Positions 11,642 through 22,019 of a DNA stretch of 64,000 nt are shown piece by piece; positions within the stretch are counted from its first letter, which is position 1, and each line of letters starts with the position of its first letter. A program made the translations under genes and the position numbers. A model generated the notes under the pieces. It was not told the origin of the DNA and searched no databases. It worked only from the letters and a program-made list of their open reading frames with translations. Source of the stretch: Alphaproteobacteria bacterium (GTDB taxonomy: Bacteria > Pseudomonadota > Alphaproteobacteria > UBA828); contig CBDCCI010000002.1 of the NCBI GenBank assembly GCA_965214705.1, positions 2,912,001 through 2,976,000 on the forward strand, read 5' to 3'.

Positions 11642-12091
11642 TCAGCCGACATGCAGTGTTTCGAGCTTCGCCAGGCAACCGGTCCAGCCGCTCTCGTGCC
11701 GATCGCGATCCTCGGCGTCGGCGAAGCGGGAATGGGTGAGGGTGAGGCGTGTCGCGCCCTCCGGCGCCGGCTCGAGCTCGACGGTAACGAGAGATTCGAC
11801 GTCGCTGCCCTCCCACTGCCAGGTGTGGACCAGCCGGCGGTTGGGCACCACCTCGCGGTAGACCCCGCGGGTGATGTGGCGCTCGCCCTTCGCCCCGCGC
11901 ATCTCGACGAGGAAGGCCCCTCCCACCTCGACCTCGGCGACCGCGCGCGCCACCGAGAGATCGCCCGGCGCAAACCACTTGCGCATCGCCTCCGGATCGG
12001 TCCACGCGGCGTACACTTTCTCCACCGGCGCATCGATCGTGCGGTTCAGCGTCAAGTAAAACGCGCGTTGGTCGGGCCGATGCTCCGTCAT
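11642..12091 (-). CDS. SRPBCC/AHSA1-like ligand-binding protein
   Basis: RTIDAPVEKVYAAWTDPE, GVYREVVPNRRLVHTW, HESGW. Confidence 0.9.
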   Translation of the reverse strand: MTEHRPDQRAFYLTLNRTIDAPVEKVYAAWTDPEAMRKWFAPGDLSVARAVAEVEVGGAFLVEMRGAKGERHITRGVYREVVPNRRLVHTWQWEGSDVESLVTVELEPAPEGATRLTLTHSRFADAEDRDRHESGWTGCLAKLETLHVG

Positions 12092-12147
12092 GCCGGTTGC
12101 TCCTCAATAGGTCCGGGGATCGAACTGTGCAGGCGAGTCCGGATCGG

Positions 12148-12489
12148 TCACCGCGTCCCGCCGGATTCGCCGAAGGTGGTCCTGACCAGGCTGTCGAGCG
12201 CATCGAGGCGTTCGCTCCAGAAGCGCTCGTGGAACTCGAGCCAGGCGCGGGCGTCCTCAAGCGCCGCCGGGTTCATCCGGCACACCCGTTCCCGGCCCCG
12301 CGCCTCGCGCGTCACGAGCCCGGCGCGTTCGAGCACGCCCAGGTGCTTGGACACCGCGGCAAGAGAGATGGGAAAGGGTTCGGAGAGAGCGCCTACGGTC
12401 GCCTCGCCCCCGGCCAGGCGGGCGAGGATGGCGCGGCGCGTGGGATCGGCGAGCGCGCGGAACACCAGATCGAGATTCTGTTCAACCAT
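12148..12489 (-). CDS. ArsR/SmtB family transcriptional regulator
   Basis: VFRALADPTRRAIL, SLAAVSKHLGVLERAGLV, FWSERLDAL. Confidence 0.92.
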   Translation of the reverse strand: MVEQNLDLVFRALADPTRRAILARLAGGEATVGALSEPFPISLAAVSKHLGVLERAGLVTREARGRERVCRMNPAALEDARAWLEFHERFWSERLDALDSLVRTTFGESGGTR

Positions 12490-12538
12490 GCAGTTGAGTA
12501 TAGAGGCATTCCGGCGGACATTCAACCATAAGGTTTGA
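12481..12538. promoter_or_regulatory. Two ArsR-type operator palindromes
   Basis: TTCAACCATGCAGTTGA (12481, over the start codon) and TTCAACCATAAGGTTTGA (12521), 40 bp apart. Confidence 0.7.
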
Positions 12539-12880
12539 TGTTGTCGCGGGCCTCATGGTTGCGGGACGATCCACCGTGACACGGAACCCGGTCAGTTGCG
12601 AACGGCCGGTCCGAGAAATCGTCGTACAGCATTGGCGCGCCTCCTACCGAAGAGGCGTCGCCCGTGAGGGTCACGGACGATCCTTGCAGAGGTATCGAGG
12701 TCGACAACGTCGACCGCGCCAGGAACCTGCTGAGCCTGTGGCCCCGTCTTGCAAACTCTCCTCATGGCACGCCGCCTCTCCTTCACTGGGCCATCCACAA
12801 AGATAGACGATCGGCGGCGGCAAACGCGCCTCGCGTGGCAACGGGAACTACAGGCGAAGTGGTCGGGCCAGCGAGGGTGT

Positions 12881-13600
12881 TCACCGCGAGGTTGCTTGCC
12901 TCAAGTAGACGAAGGTCTGGCCATCTTCGACAAAGGTCAATGCCAGCGTACTCGCGCTTTCAGTCAAAGAGGCCCTCAGCAAGGACTTGCTCCCATCTGC
13001 TTCGGTAAGGGCGATCGTGTCGCCGGCGAGAGAATACGGCCTGGTTTGAGAGAAGGTGAGTGATGTCGTCATCACGTTGTCCACGATCTCCAGCGTACCC
13101 GAGACCAGGAGCGGGAATATCGCGGTTCTGGATCGGCGCAGGTCCAGCGCATATGTTCCCTGCAATGCATCTTCAGTGACGTCGTTGGACGTACCGGCGC
13201 CGTTCGATCTCCCGAACACGAATACCGCGACGCTATCCCCGATTTCGTCTACCAGTGTCAGCGTATTACCGTTGTTGGCGAGCGACGCCTGTATCACATC
13301 CTCGAAACCGTTTTGGAACGTAACCGTAAGGTCGTCATCCGCCAGTGTGAAACGTCCCTCCCCAGCAAATGTCGGTGCGAACGTCAGAGTCTCGGCGCCG
13401 ATCTCGAGCCTCTCGGAGATCATGTGGAAGGCGGTGTCGCTGTCTGATTGGGCCGGCCAGCGATCCGTGCTCAACTCGTAGGTGCCGAGAAGATTGGCAA
13501 TCGTCAGCGCGCTCGTTTTCTCTTCATCGGCGTGAGCGATTCCGACCAACAGTACCGTGGTCGCTATGGTTCCCCATAACCAAGCTGCCGCCGGACTCAT
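12881..13600 (-). CDS. Hypothetical exported protein with two internal beta-rich repeats
   Basis: Signal peptide (AHA-D); LLGTYEL...LEI...ASL...TLTL repeated as LQGTYAL...LEI...ASL...TLAL. Confidence 0.7.
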   Translation of the reverse strand: MSPAAAWLWGTIATTVLLVGIAHADEEKTSALTIANLLGTYELSTDRWPAQSDSDTAFHMISERLEIGAETLTFAPTFAGEGRFTLADDDLTVTFQNGFEDVIQASLANNGNTLTLVDEIGDSVAVFVFGRSNGAGTSNDVTEDALQGTYALDLRRSRTAIFPLLVSGTLEIVDNVMTTSLTFSQTRPYSLAGDTIALTEADGSKSLLRASLTESASTLALTFVEDGQTFVYLRQATSR

Positions 13601-13895
13601 GGTTGGTGCCCTATCGGTGATGTCATGTGAACCGTCGGTAATTCGAATCGGTTTCGGTCTCAGCCGACAGCTTCTCCGCCAAGTACATCACGCGGCCGGA
13701 GGCGGAATCGGGCAGCATTATGCAAGAGTCACCGTCGCGTCGCAAAACGAAGGCGATTGTGTCGAAGGCACGCAACCGCAATCTGGGAGGAGATCGGTCG
13801 TTTCACGCCTCGGCGCCCAATTCGATGTGGAACGTGAGAGTCTCCGAAGCGGCATGCCGCTTCGACGGAGCGGTTCTGTCCGCGATGACGACGGC

Positions 13896-15275
13896 TCACT
13901 CCAGCGGCTTCAGGTCGCCCAGCATCGTCGGAATCAGCTCGCTCACGGTGGGATGAACATGCACGGCCCGCTGGATGGTCGTGTACGGCGCGTCTGCGTA
14001 CATGATGTCGAGGATCGAATGAATGACCTCGTCGCCGCCGATGCCGAGTATCGCGGCGCCGAGGATTCTTTCCGTCTCCGCGTCGACCAGCACCTTCATG
14101 AACCCGAGGGTCTCGCTGCGCTCGCGTGCCCGCCCCACCCGTGCCATCGCCATCTTGCCGATGAGCGCGCTCCGCCCCGAAGCGCGCACCTCCCGCTCCG
14201 TCAGTCCTGCCCGTCCGAGCGGTGGATCGATGTAGAGCCCGTAGGCCGTGATGCGGTCGTTCACCGAGCGGCGATCGTCATCGAACAGGTTGGCGGCGAC
14301 GATCTCGAAGTCGTCAAAGGAGGTGTGGGTGAAAGCGCCCCGCCCATTGACGTCGCCGAGCGCCCACACGTTCGGAACACTGGTCCGCAGCCGGTCGTCG
14401 ACCCGGATGAAACCGCGCGGGTCGGTCTCGATCCCGGCTTCGTCCAAACCGAGATCGTCGGTATTGGGCCTGCGCCCCACCGCGAGAAGCAGGTGACTGC
14501 CCAGCACCTCTGGGGCTCCCTCGTCGCATTCCACCTGAACCGAGATTCCCCGATCCAGCTTCCTCACGGCCAGGCATTCGGCGCGCAGTCGAACCTCGAT
14601 CCCCTCGGCCTGCAGTATCTCCCGTACCGCCTCGGACACGTCATCGTCGTCGCGGGCGATCAGCCGATCCTGCATCTCCACGATCGTGACCCGGCTCCCG
14701 AAACGGCGATACATCTGCGCGAACTCAAGCCCGATGTAGCTGCCGCCGATGACGATCAGGTGCTCGGGAAGAGCATCGATATCCATCATCGACGAATTGG
14801 TCAGGTAGTCGATCTCGTTCAGGCCAGGCAGGTCGGGAACGAACGCGCGAGCGCCCGTGTTGATGAAGATCCTCCCGGCCTCCAGCCGCTCGCCGCCCAC
14901 ACGCACCGTGCACGAGTCCTCGAAACGCGCGTGTCCTTCGTACACCGTGCAGTTGGACATGCTCCGGAGCCAGGCGGTCACGCCTTCGCTCGATTGCCGC
15001 ACGATGGCGTCCTTGCGGGCCTTGACCCGCTTCATGTTCACCTCGACGGGACCCCCAATCGCAACACCGAAGTCGTCGCCCCGACGGGCCATGTGGGCGG
15101 CGCGGGCGCTCGCCACCAGCGCCTTGGTGGGGATGCAGCCCACGTTCACGCAGGTACCGCCGAACAGCTTGCGCTCGATGACGGCGGTCTTCAGGCCTTC
15201 GCCGGTCAGTCTCGCCGCCATCGACGGTCCGGACTGACCCGTACCGATGACGATCGCGTCGTATCTCTGTGCCAT
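13896..15275 (-). CDS. FAD-dependent pyridine nucleotide-disulfide oxidoreductase (MerA/RclA/Lpd-like)
   Basis: IGTGQSG, GGTCVNVGCIPTK, GGSYIGLE, WALGDVNG, HPTVSE; no C-terminal CC pair. Confidence 0.92.
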   Translation of the reverse strand: MAQRYDAIVIGTGQSGPSMAARLTGEGLKTAVIERKLFGGTCVNVGCIPTKALVASARAAHMARRGDDFGVAIGGPVEVNMKRVKARKDAIVRQSSEGVTAWLRSMSNCTVYEGHARFEDSCTVRVGGERLEAGRIFINTGARAFVPDLPGLNEIDYLTNSSMMDIDALPEHLIVIGGSYIGLEFAQMYRRFGSRVTIVEMQDRLIARDDDDVSEAVREILQAEGIEVRLRAECLAVRKLDRGISVQVECDEGAPEVLGSHLLLAVGRRPNTDDLGLDEAGIETDPRGFIRVDDRLRTSVPNVWALGDVNGRGAFTHTSFDDFEIVAANLFDDDRRSVNDRITAYGLYIDPPLGRAGLTEREVRASGRSALIGKMAMARVGRARERSETLGFMKVLVDAETERILGAAILGIGGDEVIHSILDIMYADAPYTTIQRAVHVHPTVSELIPTMLGDLKPLE

Positions 15276-16019
15276 GACTCGCTCCTCCGGGCCGATGAGC
15301 GCGGGCATTCCCTGCCGCGCTGCGCCATCTTGCGAACCGATTGTACGCTCGCGCTCCGGGCGGGTACGAGGGCGCGAGCCCGGAGCCGGGCCCGGGAAGC
15401 CGAAGCGGCCGGAATAGCGGCGCCCCCGTGGCAAACGGATGACGATGCCTAGATTTCCGTCCGGCTTCGCAACCGGCAGGCAGGTTGGACGGCATGTCGG
15501 GAGCGGCACAGAGGGCTGCAACCCATAGAATCGGTCGAGCGCGCAGCCAGGCGGACACCATCGCTGGCCCGCTCTGCACGGCAGCGAAACGGCACGAAGA
15601 CGACGGCGGGCACGGCGACGGCGAGATCCGGCGCCGATAAGGACTTGCCGCATTGGCACCCGCCACCGATCGTGTCGGTGAGCCGCTCGCTCGACGACGC
15701 GTCGAACGTTCATTGCCGCGCCCGGCGGCGGTATTCAAATTCCGGCGGGATACGAGTCGGAAGCCGATCACGGGCGCGCTTCATCGCCCCGCTTCGCTCG
15801 CCCCTGGTCTCAAAGAAGAGCAGTTCGTCGAGCACCGGGCGTGACGCAGAACAGCGCCCCTCCGCGGATGTATGCGGCGCGACGCCGAACAAGCGGACCT
15901 GAATGCCGGCCGTTTGGAGCCGATGCGGTCTTGTGGATAACCCACCCGTCAGGGGCCAGGAATCGATGGACGCCGGTCGGCTCCATTGGGAAGTTTGCCC
16001 GGGAAGGAGAGGAATCACA

Positions 16020-16562
16020 TCAAATTCCCGGTGGGCTGCGCGCACCCTCCCCGAGTTCTCGCTGCATGAGCACCGTGTCGAGCCAGCGTCCGTGCTTGCG
16101 GCCGACGTTCCTGAGGGTGCCAACGATCTCGAACCCCGCCGCCAGGTGAAGGCGCATCGACGCCGGGTCTTCGGACTCGGCTACGATTGCCACCATCTGA
16201 CGGAAGCCTCGATCCGTGCAGGCCTGAATCAGGGCACGAAGCAACGCCGTGCCGATTCCGCCACGCCTGGCCGAGCGCTCGACGTACACGGAGTTCTCCA
16301 CTGTACGACCGTAGGCGGGACGGGCTCGATAGGGGCCCGCGTAGGCGAAGCCGCAAATGTCACCGCCGCGCTCAGCAACGAAGCAGGGGTAGTTGTCCTC
16401 GATCAACAACCGCCAGCGCCTGCGCATTTCGGCCTCATCCGGCGCCACCGTCTCGAAGCTCGCAGTGCCGGCTTCGACGTAGTAGGCGTAAATGGCCGTG
16501 ACTGCCGGCATGTCGGCATCGCACGGCGGGCGAACGGTCAGTGCTTTCATGTGCGCTTCCAT
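16020..16562 (-). CDS. GNAT N-acetyltransferase (phosphinothricin acetyltransferase-like)
   Basis: GTASFET, RPAYGRTVENSVYV, RRGGIG, VGRKHGRWLDTVLMQ. Confidence 0.9.
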   Translation of the reverse strand: MEAHMKALTVRPPCDADMPAVTAIYAYYVEAGTASFETVAPDEAEMRRRWRLLIEDNYPCFVAERGGDICGFAYAGPYRARPAYGRTVENSVYVERSARRGGIGTALLRALIQACTDRGFRQMVAIVAESEDPASMRLHLAAGFEIVGTLRNVGRKHGRWLDTVLMQRELGEGARSPPGI

Positions 16563-16976
16563 GTTGTCGCCGAGATAGTCCCGGCGATTCCGAAATTGCA
16601 AATGTACGGTCTTGTCGCTTCGGTTGAGCATCCACTCTCCGCCCCGCTCTTGCTGGACGGGTCGGCCGAAGCTCGGCGGTCCAACCCGGCCCCTCGATCA
16701 GGACTCTTCACGGACCGAACAGCAGATTCCAGGTTGGACCGAGAGAGGTATCGGGCAACGACAGGCACCCCAACGCCGCGTTGCGCGTTCTCGCGGGACG
16801 CCCGCGGGACGCATGGCCGACCGCAATGAACGGGAACACTCGACCCCGCTTGACCCCCACACCGCCTTGAAACGCCGCATCCAATCACCACGTCAATTCA
16901 TTGCTGCACATGTTCCAGGATCGATTGCGGCGCCGTTTTGGGACCGGAGCCCACGATGGCCAATGCGGGGGGAATC

Positions 16977-17900
16977 ATGACATCACCACACGCCGCCGCC
17001 ATCCCGGCGACCGTGGACGGGAGCGGTGTCTCCCGATACCTCCGCGAGATCCGCCAGTTTCCGCTCCTCACGCCCGAAGAGGAGTTCATGCTGGCCAAGC
17101 GCTGGCGAGAGCACGACGACGCCGAGGCGGCACACCGGCTCGTGACCAGCCACCTGCGCCTGGTGGCCAGGATCGCCATGGGCTATCGCGGCTACGGTCT
17201 CCCGGTGGGCGAGCTGATCTCCGAGGGCAACAGCGGCCTCATGCAGGCGGTCAAGCGCTTCGATCCGGACCGCGGCTTCCGCCTTGCCACCTACGCCATG
17301 TGGTGGATTCGCGCCTCGATGCAGGAATACATCCTGCGCTCCTGGTCGCTGGTGAAGATGGGCACCACAGCTGCGCAGAAGAAGCTCTTCTTCAACCTGC
17401 GCAAGCTGAAGGGCGAGATCGAGGCGATCGACGACGGCGATCTGACGCCCGAGCAAGTGGAGCACATCGCGACCGCGCTCAACGTCTCCCAGGACGATGT
17501 CACCTCCATGAACCGGCGGATGATCGGTCCAGAACTGTCGTTGAATGCGCCCATTCGAGAGGAGGGCGGTGGCGAGTGGCAGGACTGGCTCGAAGACACC
17601 GGCGAGAGCCAGGAGAGCACCGTCCTCGAAGCGAACGAGCTGGACTACCGGAGGCGGCTCCTCAGAGATTCGCTCGACGTGCTGACAGAGCGAGAGCGGC
17701 ACATCCTGCATGAGCGCAGACTAAAGGAGGAGCCGGCGACACTTGGGGAGCTGAGCCAGGTCCATGGTGTCTCGCGCGAGCGCATCCGCCAAATCGAGGT
17801 AGGGGCCTTCAAGAAGCTGCAGGAAGCGATGCGCACGGCGCACCGCGCGCAGACGGAGCGGATCCCCGACCGTGCCCCCACCGATATGCGGGCATTCTGA
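16977..17900 (+). CDS. rpoH: RNA polymerase sigma-32 factor
   Basis: RpoH box QKKLFFNLRK; FDPDRGFRLATYAMWWI; VSRERIRQIE. Confidence 0.96.
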   Translation: MTSPHAAAIPATVDGSGVSRYLREIRQFPLLTPEEEFMLAKRWREHDDAEAAHRLVTSHLRLVARIAMGYRGYGLPVGELISEGNSGLMQAVKRFDPDRGFRLATYAMWWIRASMQEYILRSWSLVKMGTTAAQKKLFFNLRKLKGEIEAIDDGDLTPEQVEHIATALNVSQDDVTSMNRRMIGPELSLNAPIREEGGGEWQDWLEDTGESQESTVLEANELDYRRRLLRDSLDVLTERERHILHERRLKEEPATLGELSQVHGVSRERIRQIEVGAFKKLQEAMRTAHRAQTERIPDRAPTDMRAF

Positions 17901-18333
17901 AGAGCCCGGTGTCGCGTGCCGCCTGATGCTCTTGCTCCACCTTGGGCTCGACGAAGGACATCGGAGCGGCCGGCAGACCCCATATCGGAATCCGGGTTGA
18001 CGATGCAGGTTACTTGGGGAGCGGCCTGAGCTCGCACGTCAGACTGTCGCGAGCTTAATGTTCCACGGCCGCAATTCGTGGATTCTCGATTGCAGCTGGC
18101 CGGCTGCACGACCCACGCATACCCGGCCAAGCCCTGCGGCAAGTTGGAGACGAATATACGCCGGCAATACGGTCACCGCCGCGATCGCGGTTTACAGGGC
18201 CGCAATCCAGAACAGCCGGATCGAGGCAGCATGCATCGCGCGAACACGGGCCGGACCATTCTCGCCGAAACCCTGCCTGCGACGCCGAAGGAGTTCGGCT
18301 GGGCAACACTAGGGTATCGTGCAGCGACGGCAT

Positions 18334-19020
18334 CTACTCCGTTCTCACATGTGCGTTTATCCAGCGGTTGAGCGGACACAGCGCCTCGAGAATTTCTGTC
18401 AAGTAGTCGATGGCGCCTCGCCCGAACAGCCGATCGTCGAACCCGGGTTTCTCCTCGGTTCGGGCGACGATCCCTTTGCGTCGAAGATGGTCCGCCGCCG
18501 GTCCGTCGGCGTCGAAGCCCCGAGGCACGCGCTGCAGTTCCGGCTCGCCCGGCACGCAACCGACTTCACCCGCGGCCGCAATCGCCGCATCCAGTTCTCT
18601 TCGCGCGGTCGCCTTCTGCACGGCCGCACGGTAGCGGTCCAGCCCGACGCCGGAGAAAGCCCAATGACCGGCCCCGAAACCGAAATGGCGATCCGATAGC
18701 ACCAGGTGCGTGCCGGCGGAGCGGTTCGGGTGGTCGCCGGTCCAGAAAACGATGTGCATGCGCGTGTGATAGGGCGTCTTGTCCTTCGAAAAGCGAGTGT
18801 CACGGTGGATGCGCCGCAGGGACCCGTTGATCTTCGGCTCCGCCCGATGCGGCGGCTCGAGCGACGCCGCGACGGGAGACAATGCCTCGATCAACTGCAG
18901 AGCGGGCTGGACAAACGAGGCATCGTATTCCGCTCTGTGTTCTTCGAACCATTGGCGATTGTTGTTCGCCTTCAGCGCCTTCAGGTATTCAACGGATTGC
19001 CGCGGAAGGCCTTCGAACAC
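18334..19020 (-). CDS. DUF2461 family protein
   Basis: LKANNNRQWFEEHRAEY, RIHRDTRFSKDKTPY, LQRVPRGF; GTG start after GGGGAG. Confidence 0.88.
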   Translation of the reverse strand: MFEGLPRQSVEYLKALKANNNRQWFEEHRAEYDASFVQPALQLIEALSPVAASLEPPHRAEPKINGSLRRIHRDTRFSKDKTPYHTRMHIVFWTGDHPNRSAGTHLVLSDRHFGFGAGHWAFSGVGLDRYRAAVQKATARRELDAAIAAAGEVGCVPGEPELQRVPRGFDADGPAADHLRRKGIVARTEEKPGFDDRLFGRGAIDYLTEILEALCPLNRWINAHVRTE

Positions 19021-19031
19021 GACCCGCTCCC

Positions 19032-19361
19032 CTACTTGGGCGGCAGGCCGCCGACGAACCGGGCTGCGAAATCGAGCCAGCTCTTCAGGCCTGTCTCGAT
19101 CGCGGCACCCGCATCTACCCAAACCAGGCCGCCCATCTTGCGGCCCGTGAAGTCCATCGGCCGGGCGCCCGGCCTCGCCAGCGCTTCGGCCTCCTGGTCC
19201 TTGCCGACGCGAAACATGAATCGGTCGCGATCCGCGACGCCCGCGAGCATGTTGCCGTTGAGCAGAAAGCACACGCCGCCAAACATGTTCCGTTCCGTAA
19301 CGCCCTTTGTGCCCGAGAGCGCTTTGCGCAGCAGCTCAGCTAGATGTGGATCGTGCGCCAC
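19032..19361 (-). CDS. TfoX/Sxy N-terminal domain protein
   Basis: ERNMFGGVCFLLNGNM, FTGRKMGGLVWV, LPPK. Confidence 0.88.
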   Translation of the reverse strand: MAHDPHLAELLRKALSGTKGVTERNMFGGVCFLLNGNMLAGVADRDRFMFRVGKDQEAEALARPGARPMDFTGRKMGGLVWVDAGAAIETGLKSWLDFAARFVGGLPPK

Positions 19362-19480
19362 TGCTCACCCCGTCATCCGGGTCGATCTGCCCCTGCCGCC
19401 GCTGACAAGGCAGTCCGACTCGCAAGCGCCTGGGCTGTGACGATGAGCGTCGTCGACACGATGTCACTTCCGTGCCCTTT

Positions 19481-19517
19481 GGCCCCCGAGGGGGCCGGTG
19501 CGGCATGCCGCACCGGC
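19481..19517. terminator. Overlapping GC hairpins including a perfect 24-bp palindrome
   Basis: GGCCCCC-GA-GGGGGCC and GCCGGTGCGGCATGCCGCACCGGC immediately after the VOC stop codon. Confidence 0.5.
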
Positions 19518-19523
19518 AGAACC

Positions 19524-19904
19524 CTACTGCATGCTCTCGTAGGTGATCAGAGAAATGGACGCACCGTATGGATCGCGGATTTTCGCCATTCGTCCTACAC
19601 CTGGAAAATCAGCCGGTTCCTCGATGCCTTCCGCGCCGTTGTCGAGAGCGGCCTGGAAGCGCGCGTCGACGTCGTCGACGGTGATGTAGATCGTCCATGC
19701 GCCGTCCTGAACCGGGACCGGCATGAAGCCGCCGATCGGCTTCTCGCCGACCACGATGCCGGCATAGGACGAGCCGTCCTGCATCGGCATGTCGTTCACG
19801 GTCCAGCCGAGAACCGCTTCGTAGAACTTGCGAGCACCGGCCGGGTCGCTGCCGCTGTGTTGAATCCAGCTCGCTGCGCCGTGCGTATGCATGGGATTGG
19901 ACAT
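19524..19904 (-). CDS. VOC family protein
   Basis: ARKFYEAVLGW, WTIYITVDDVD, PGVGRMAKIRDPYGA. Confidence 0.88.
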   Translation of the reverse strand: MSNPMHTHGAASWIQHSGSDPAGARKFYEAVLGWTVNDMPMQDGSSYAGIVVGEKPIGGFMPVPVQDGAWTIYITVDDVDARFQAALDNGAEGIEEPADFPGVGRMAKIRDPYGASISLITYESMQ

Positions 19905-19963
19905 CGGTTCCTCCTCGGGGTTTCCTCTTCGATGACCCAAGGACGAATGCCGCTTGACGAATC

Positions 19964-21250
19964 CTACACCGGTGCTGATTCTTTCTGCCCTCGATTGCAC
20001 AGTCCCATCTGCTCACGGATGTAATCGGCTTCCTGTCCGGTGGGTTCGAGCTGCAGCGCTCGTTCGTAGGCTGCTGCCGCCTGTTGCGGGTATCCGGCTT
20101 CCTTCAGCAACGAGGCTCGGGTCGTGTGGAAGTATAGATAGCTTGCAAGCGTCTCGGACAGCGGGGCCAGGTGGTGCAGCCCGGCCTGCGCGTCCCTGAC
20201 CTTGGACAACGCCACGGCCCGGTTGAGCGAGACCACCGGCGAAGGCTGAACCTGTTCCAGGGCGGCGTACAGCGTCTCTATCTCTTGCCAGTCGGTTGTA
20301 TTGGCGGTCTCGGCAGTACAATGCACTGCCGCAATGGCAGCCTGAATCTGGTAAGGTCCGGGGCGCCCGTGGCGCAGCGCCTTTTGCAACAGGACGCGCC
20401 CCTCCGAGATTTCCTGCCGGTTCCAGAGGGTCCTGTCCTGTCGGTCCAGCGGAACCAGGCTGTAGTCAGCGTCGATCCGCGCCTTCCGTCGGGAATGCTG
20501 AAACAGGAATAGCGCAAGAAGCCCCATGACCTCGGCCTGAGAGGGATAGAGCGCCAGCAGCAGCCTGACCAGGCGGATGGCCTCCTCGGAGAGTTCCGCA
20601 CGAATGTGCACATCGCCGCCACTTGCAGAGTATCCCTCGCTGAACAGCAGGTAGGCCACGACGCAGACCGCATCGAGCCGGGCAGCACGCTCATGCAGGC
20701 TGGGCACGTCCAGCCGGGCGGCGACCGCCGAAGCTCTCTTCTTGGCCCGGGTGATGCGCTGCTCCATGGCCTTCGGCTTGACGACGAAGCCCCGGGCGAT
20801 TCTCTCCACGGAAAATCCGGCGATGACCTTCAGCGCAAGTGCGAGTTGGTCCTGAAGGCTCAGTTCCGGATGGCAACACATGAACATCAGCCGAAGCACG
20901 TCGTCGCGGAGCTCGGACATGTCGATCCGGTCGGCCAGGTCGGCTTCGACGTTGTCGGCCTCCCCGGAATTCTCCGGCAGAGTGTCGCTGTAGGCGATCC
21001 GCTTGTCTCGACGCATGCGGTCTATGACCGAATTGCGTCCCGTCACCAGCAGCCAGGCTGCGGGATCGCCCGGCAAACCGGCAGAAGGCCAGCGCTCCAG
21101 CGCACGCACGCACGCCTCCTGATAGGCCTCTTCGGCCATGTCGAGATCGGAAAACCGCCGCATCAGTCCCGCGACGACGCGCGGCTTGGCCATGACCAGG
21201 TGAGCGGCGAATTCGCCTTGCCGCTGCATCCGGTCAGCTGCCTCCATCAC
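19964..21250 (-). CDS. ECF sigma factor with C-terminal TPR-like extension (ECF42-like)
   Basis: AEEAYQEA, LRLMFMCCHPEL, EQRITRAK, QDRTLW, GPYQIQAAIAAVH; adjacent to a DGPF protein. Confidence 0.88.
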   Translation of the reverse strand: MMEAADRMQRQGEFAAHLVMAKPRVVAGLMRRFSDLDMAEEAYQEACVRALERWPSAGLPGDPAAWLLVTGRNSVIDRMRRDKRIAYSDTLPENSGEADNVEADLADRIDMSELRDDVLRLMFMCCHPELSLQDQLALALKVIAGFSVERIARGFVVKPKAMEQRITRAKKRASAVAARLDVPSLHERAARLDAVCVVAYLLFSEGYSASGGDVHIRAELSEEAIRLVRLLLALYPSQAEVMGLLALFLFQHSRRKARIDADYSLVPLDRQDRTLWNRQEISEGRVLLQKALRHGRPGPYQIQAAIAAVHCTAETANTTDWQEIETLYAALEQVQPSPVVSLNRAVALSKVRDAQAGLHHLAPLSETLASYLYFHTTRASLLKEAGYPQQAAAAYERALQLEPTGQEADYIREQMGLCNRGQKESAPV

Positions 21251-21614
21251 CTGGTTTCTCGATCGTGCCGCCGCCCCAGCCTACCGGACGCACCTCATAG
21301 GCGGCGAGGCCTTGCGGCAGCTTCTTCGCCTGCTTGACGGCATCCTCGATACTGTCGCACTCAAGAATATAGAGCCCGAGCAGCTGTTCCTTGGTCTCGG
21401 CAAACGGACCGTCGAGAACGAGCACGCCGTCGCCCCGCTTCCTGACCGTCACCGCAGTGGACGTGCCCATCAATCTGGCGACGGCCCCGAGAGTGCCCTT
21501 TGCGCCATGTTCCCGCTGCAGCTCGCGATGTCGCTCCATCGCAGCTTCCTGCTCTTCTTCCGGCAGGCGATCGAATAGACCTTCCATCCCGTAAATCAAT
21601 ATTGCGTACTGCAT
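21234..21614 (-). CDS. YciI-related DGPFAETKE protein
   Basis: LDGPFAETKEQLLGLY motif. Confidence 0.92.
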   Translation of the reverse strand: MQYAILIYGMEGLFDRLPEEEQEAAMERHRELQREHGAKGTLGAVARLMGTSTAVTVRKRGDGVLVLDGPFAETKEQLLGLYILECDSIEDAVKQAKKLPQGLAAYEVRPVGWGGGTIEKPGDGGS

Positions 21615-21829
21615 CGTTCGCTCCCCCGTGCGGCAGTCTCACTATAGACGTTCGAGATGCCGCAAGTCCGACACGGCTTGCCCATTCAGTCGGCACCTCC
21701 TTCAGGTGGCCCGCGCCCTCTTCACTGGAAGGAGTACGATGCTCGGCGTTTCTGCAATGTCCAGCGATTGGGCGAACCGGCAAAGGCGTGCCGCAATTCC
21801 AGCCAACATCTGTTCGAGCTTCGGCTCGG

Positions 21830-22009
21830 CGCGTCGAATGCGTCGTGCTGGGAGGTGAGCCGGCAAGCACACTGATCGGTTATGCGAACAACGTCGGCGC
21901 CGATCTCATCGTCATGGGGTACCGCGGCCGCATGGAGGGGCTCGTCATCGACAGCGTCTCCACGAAGCTGACGAGCCACGCAAACTGCGCGGTGCTGACA
22001 GTCAAGTAG
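21830..22009 (+). pseudogene. Universal stress protein C-terminal remnant
   Basis: GEPASTLIGYANNVGADLIVMGYRG...DSVSTKLTSHANCAVLTVK with no recognisable N-terminal half. Confidence 0.75.
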
Positions 22010-22019
22010 GGAGGGCCGC

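Noticed and set aside
13896-15275. Mercuric reductase merA
   Set aside because: No C-terminal Cys-Cys pair or N-terminal HMA domain, and no mer genes nearby
16866-16895. Sigma-32-type promoter (CTTGAAA...CCACGT) upstream of rpoH
   Set aside because: The -10 match is too weak to support from sequence alone
18055-18320. Possible degraded membrane-protein gene on the minus strand
   Set aside because: In-frame stop, short, and the family resemblance is too weak
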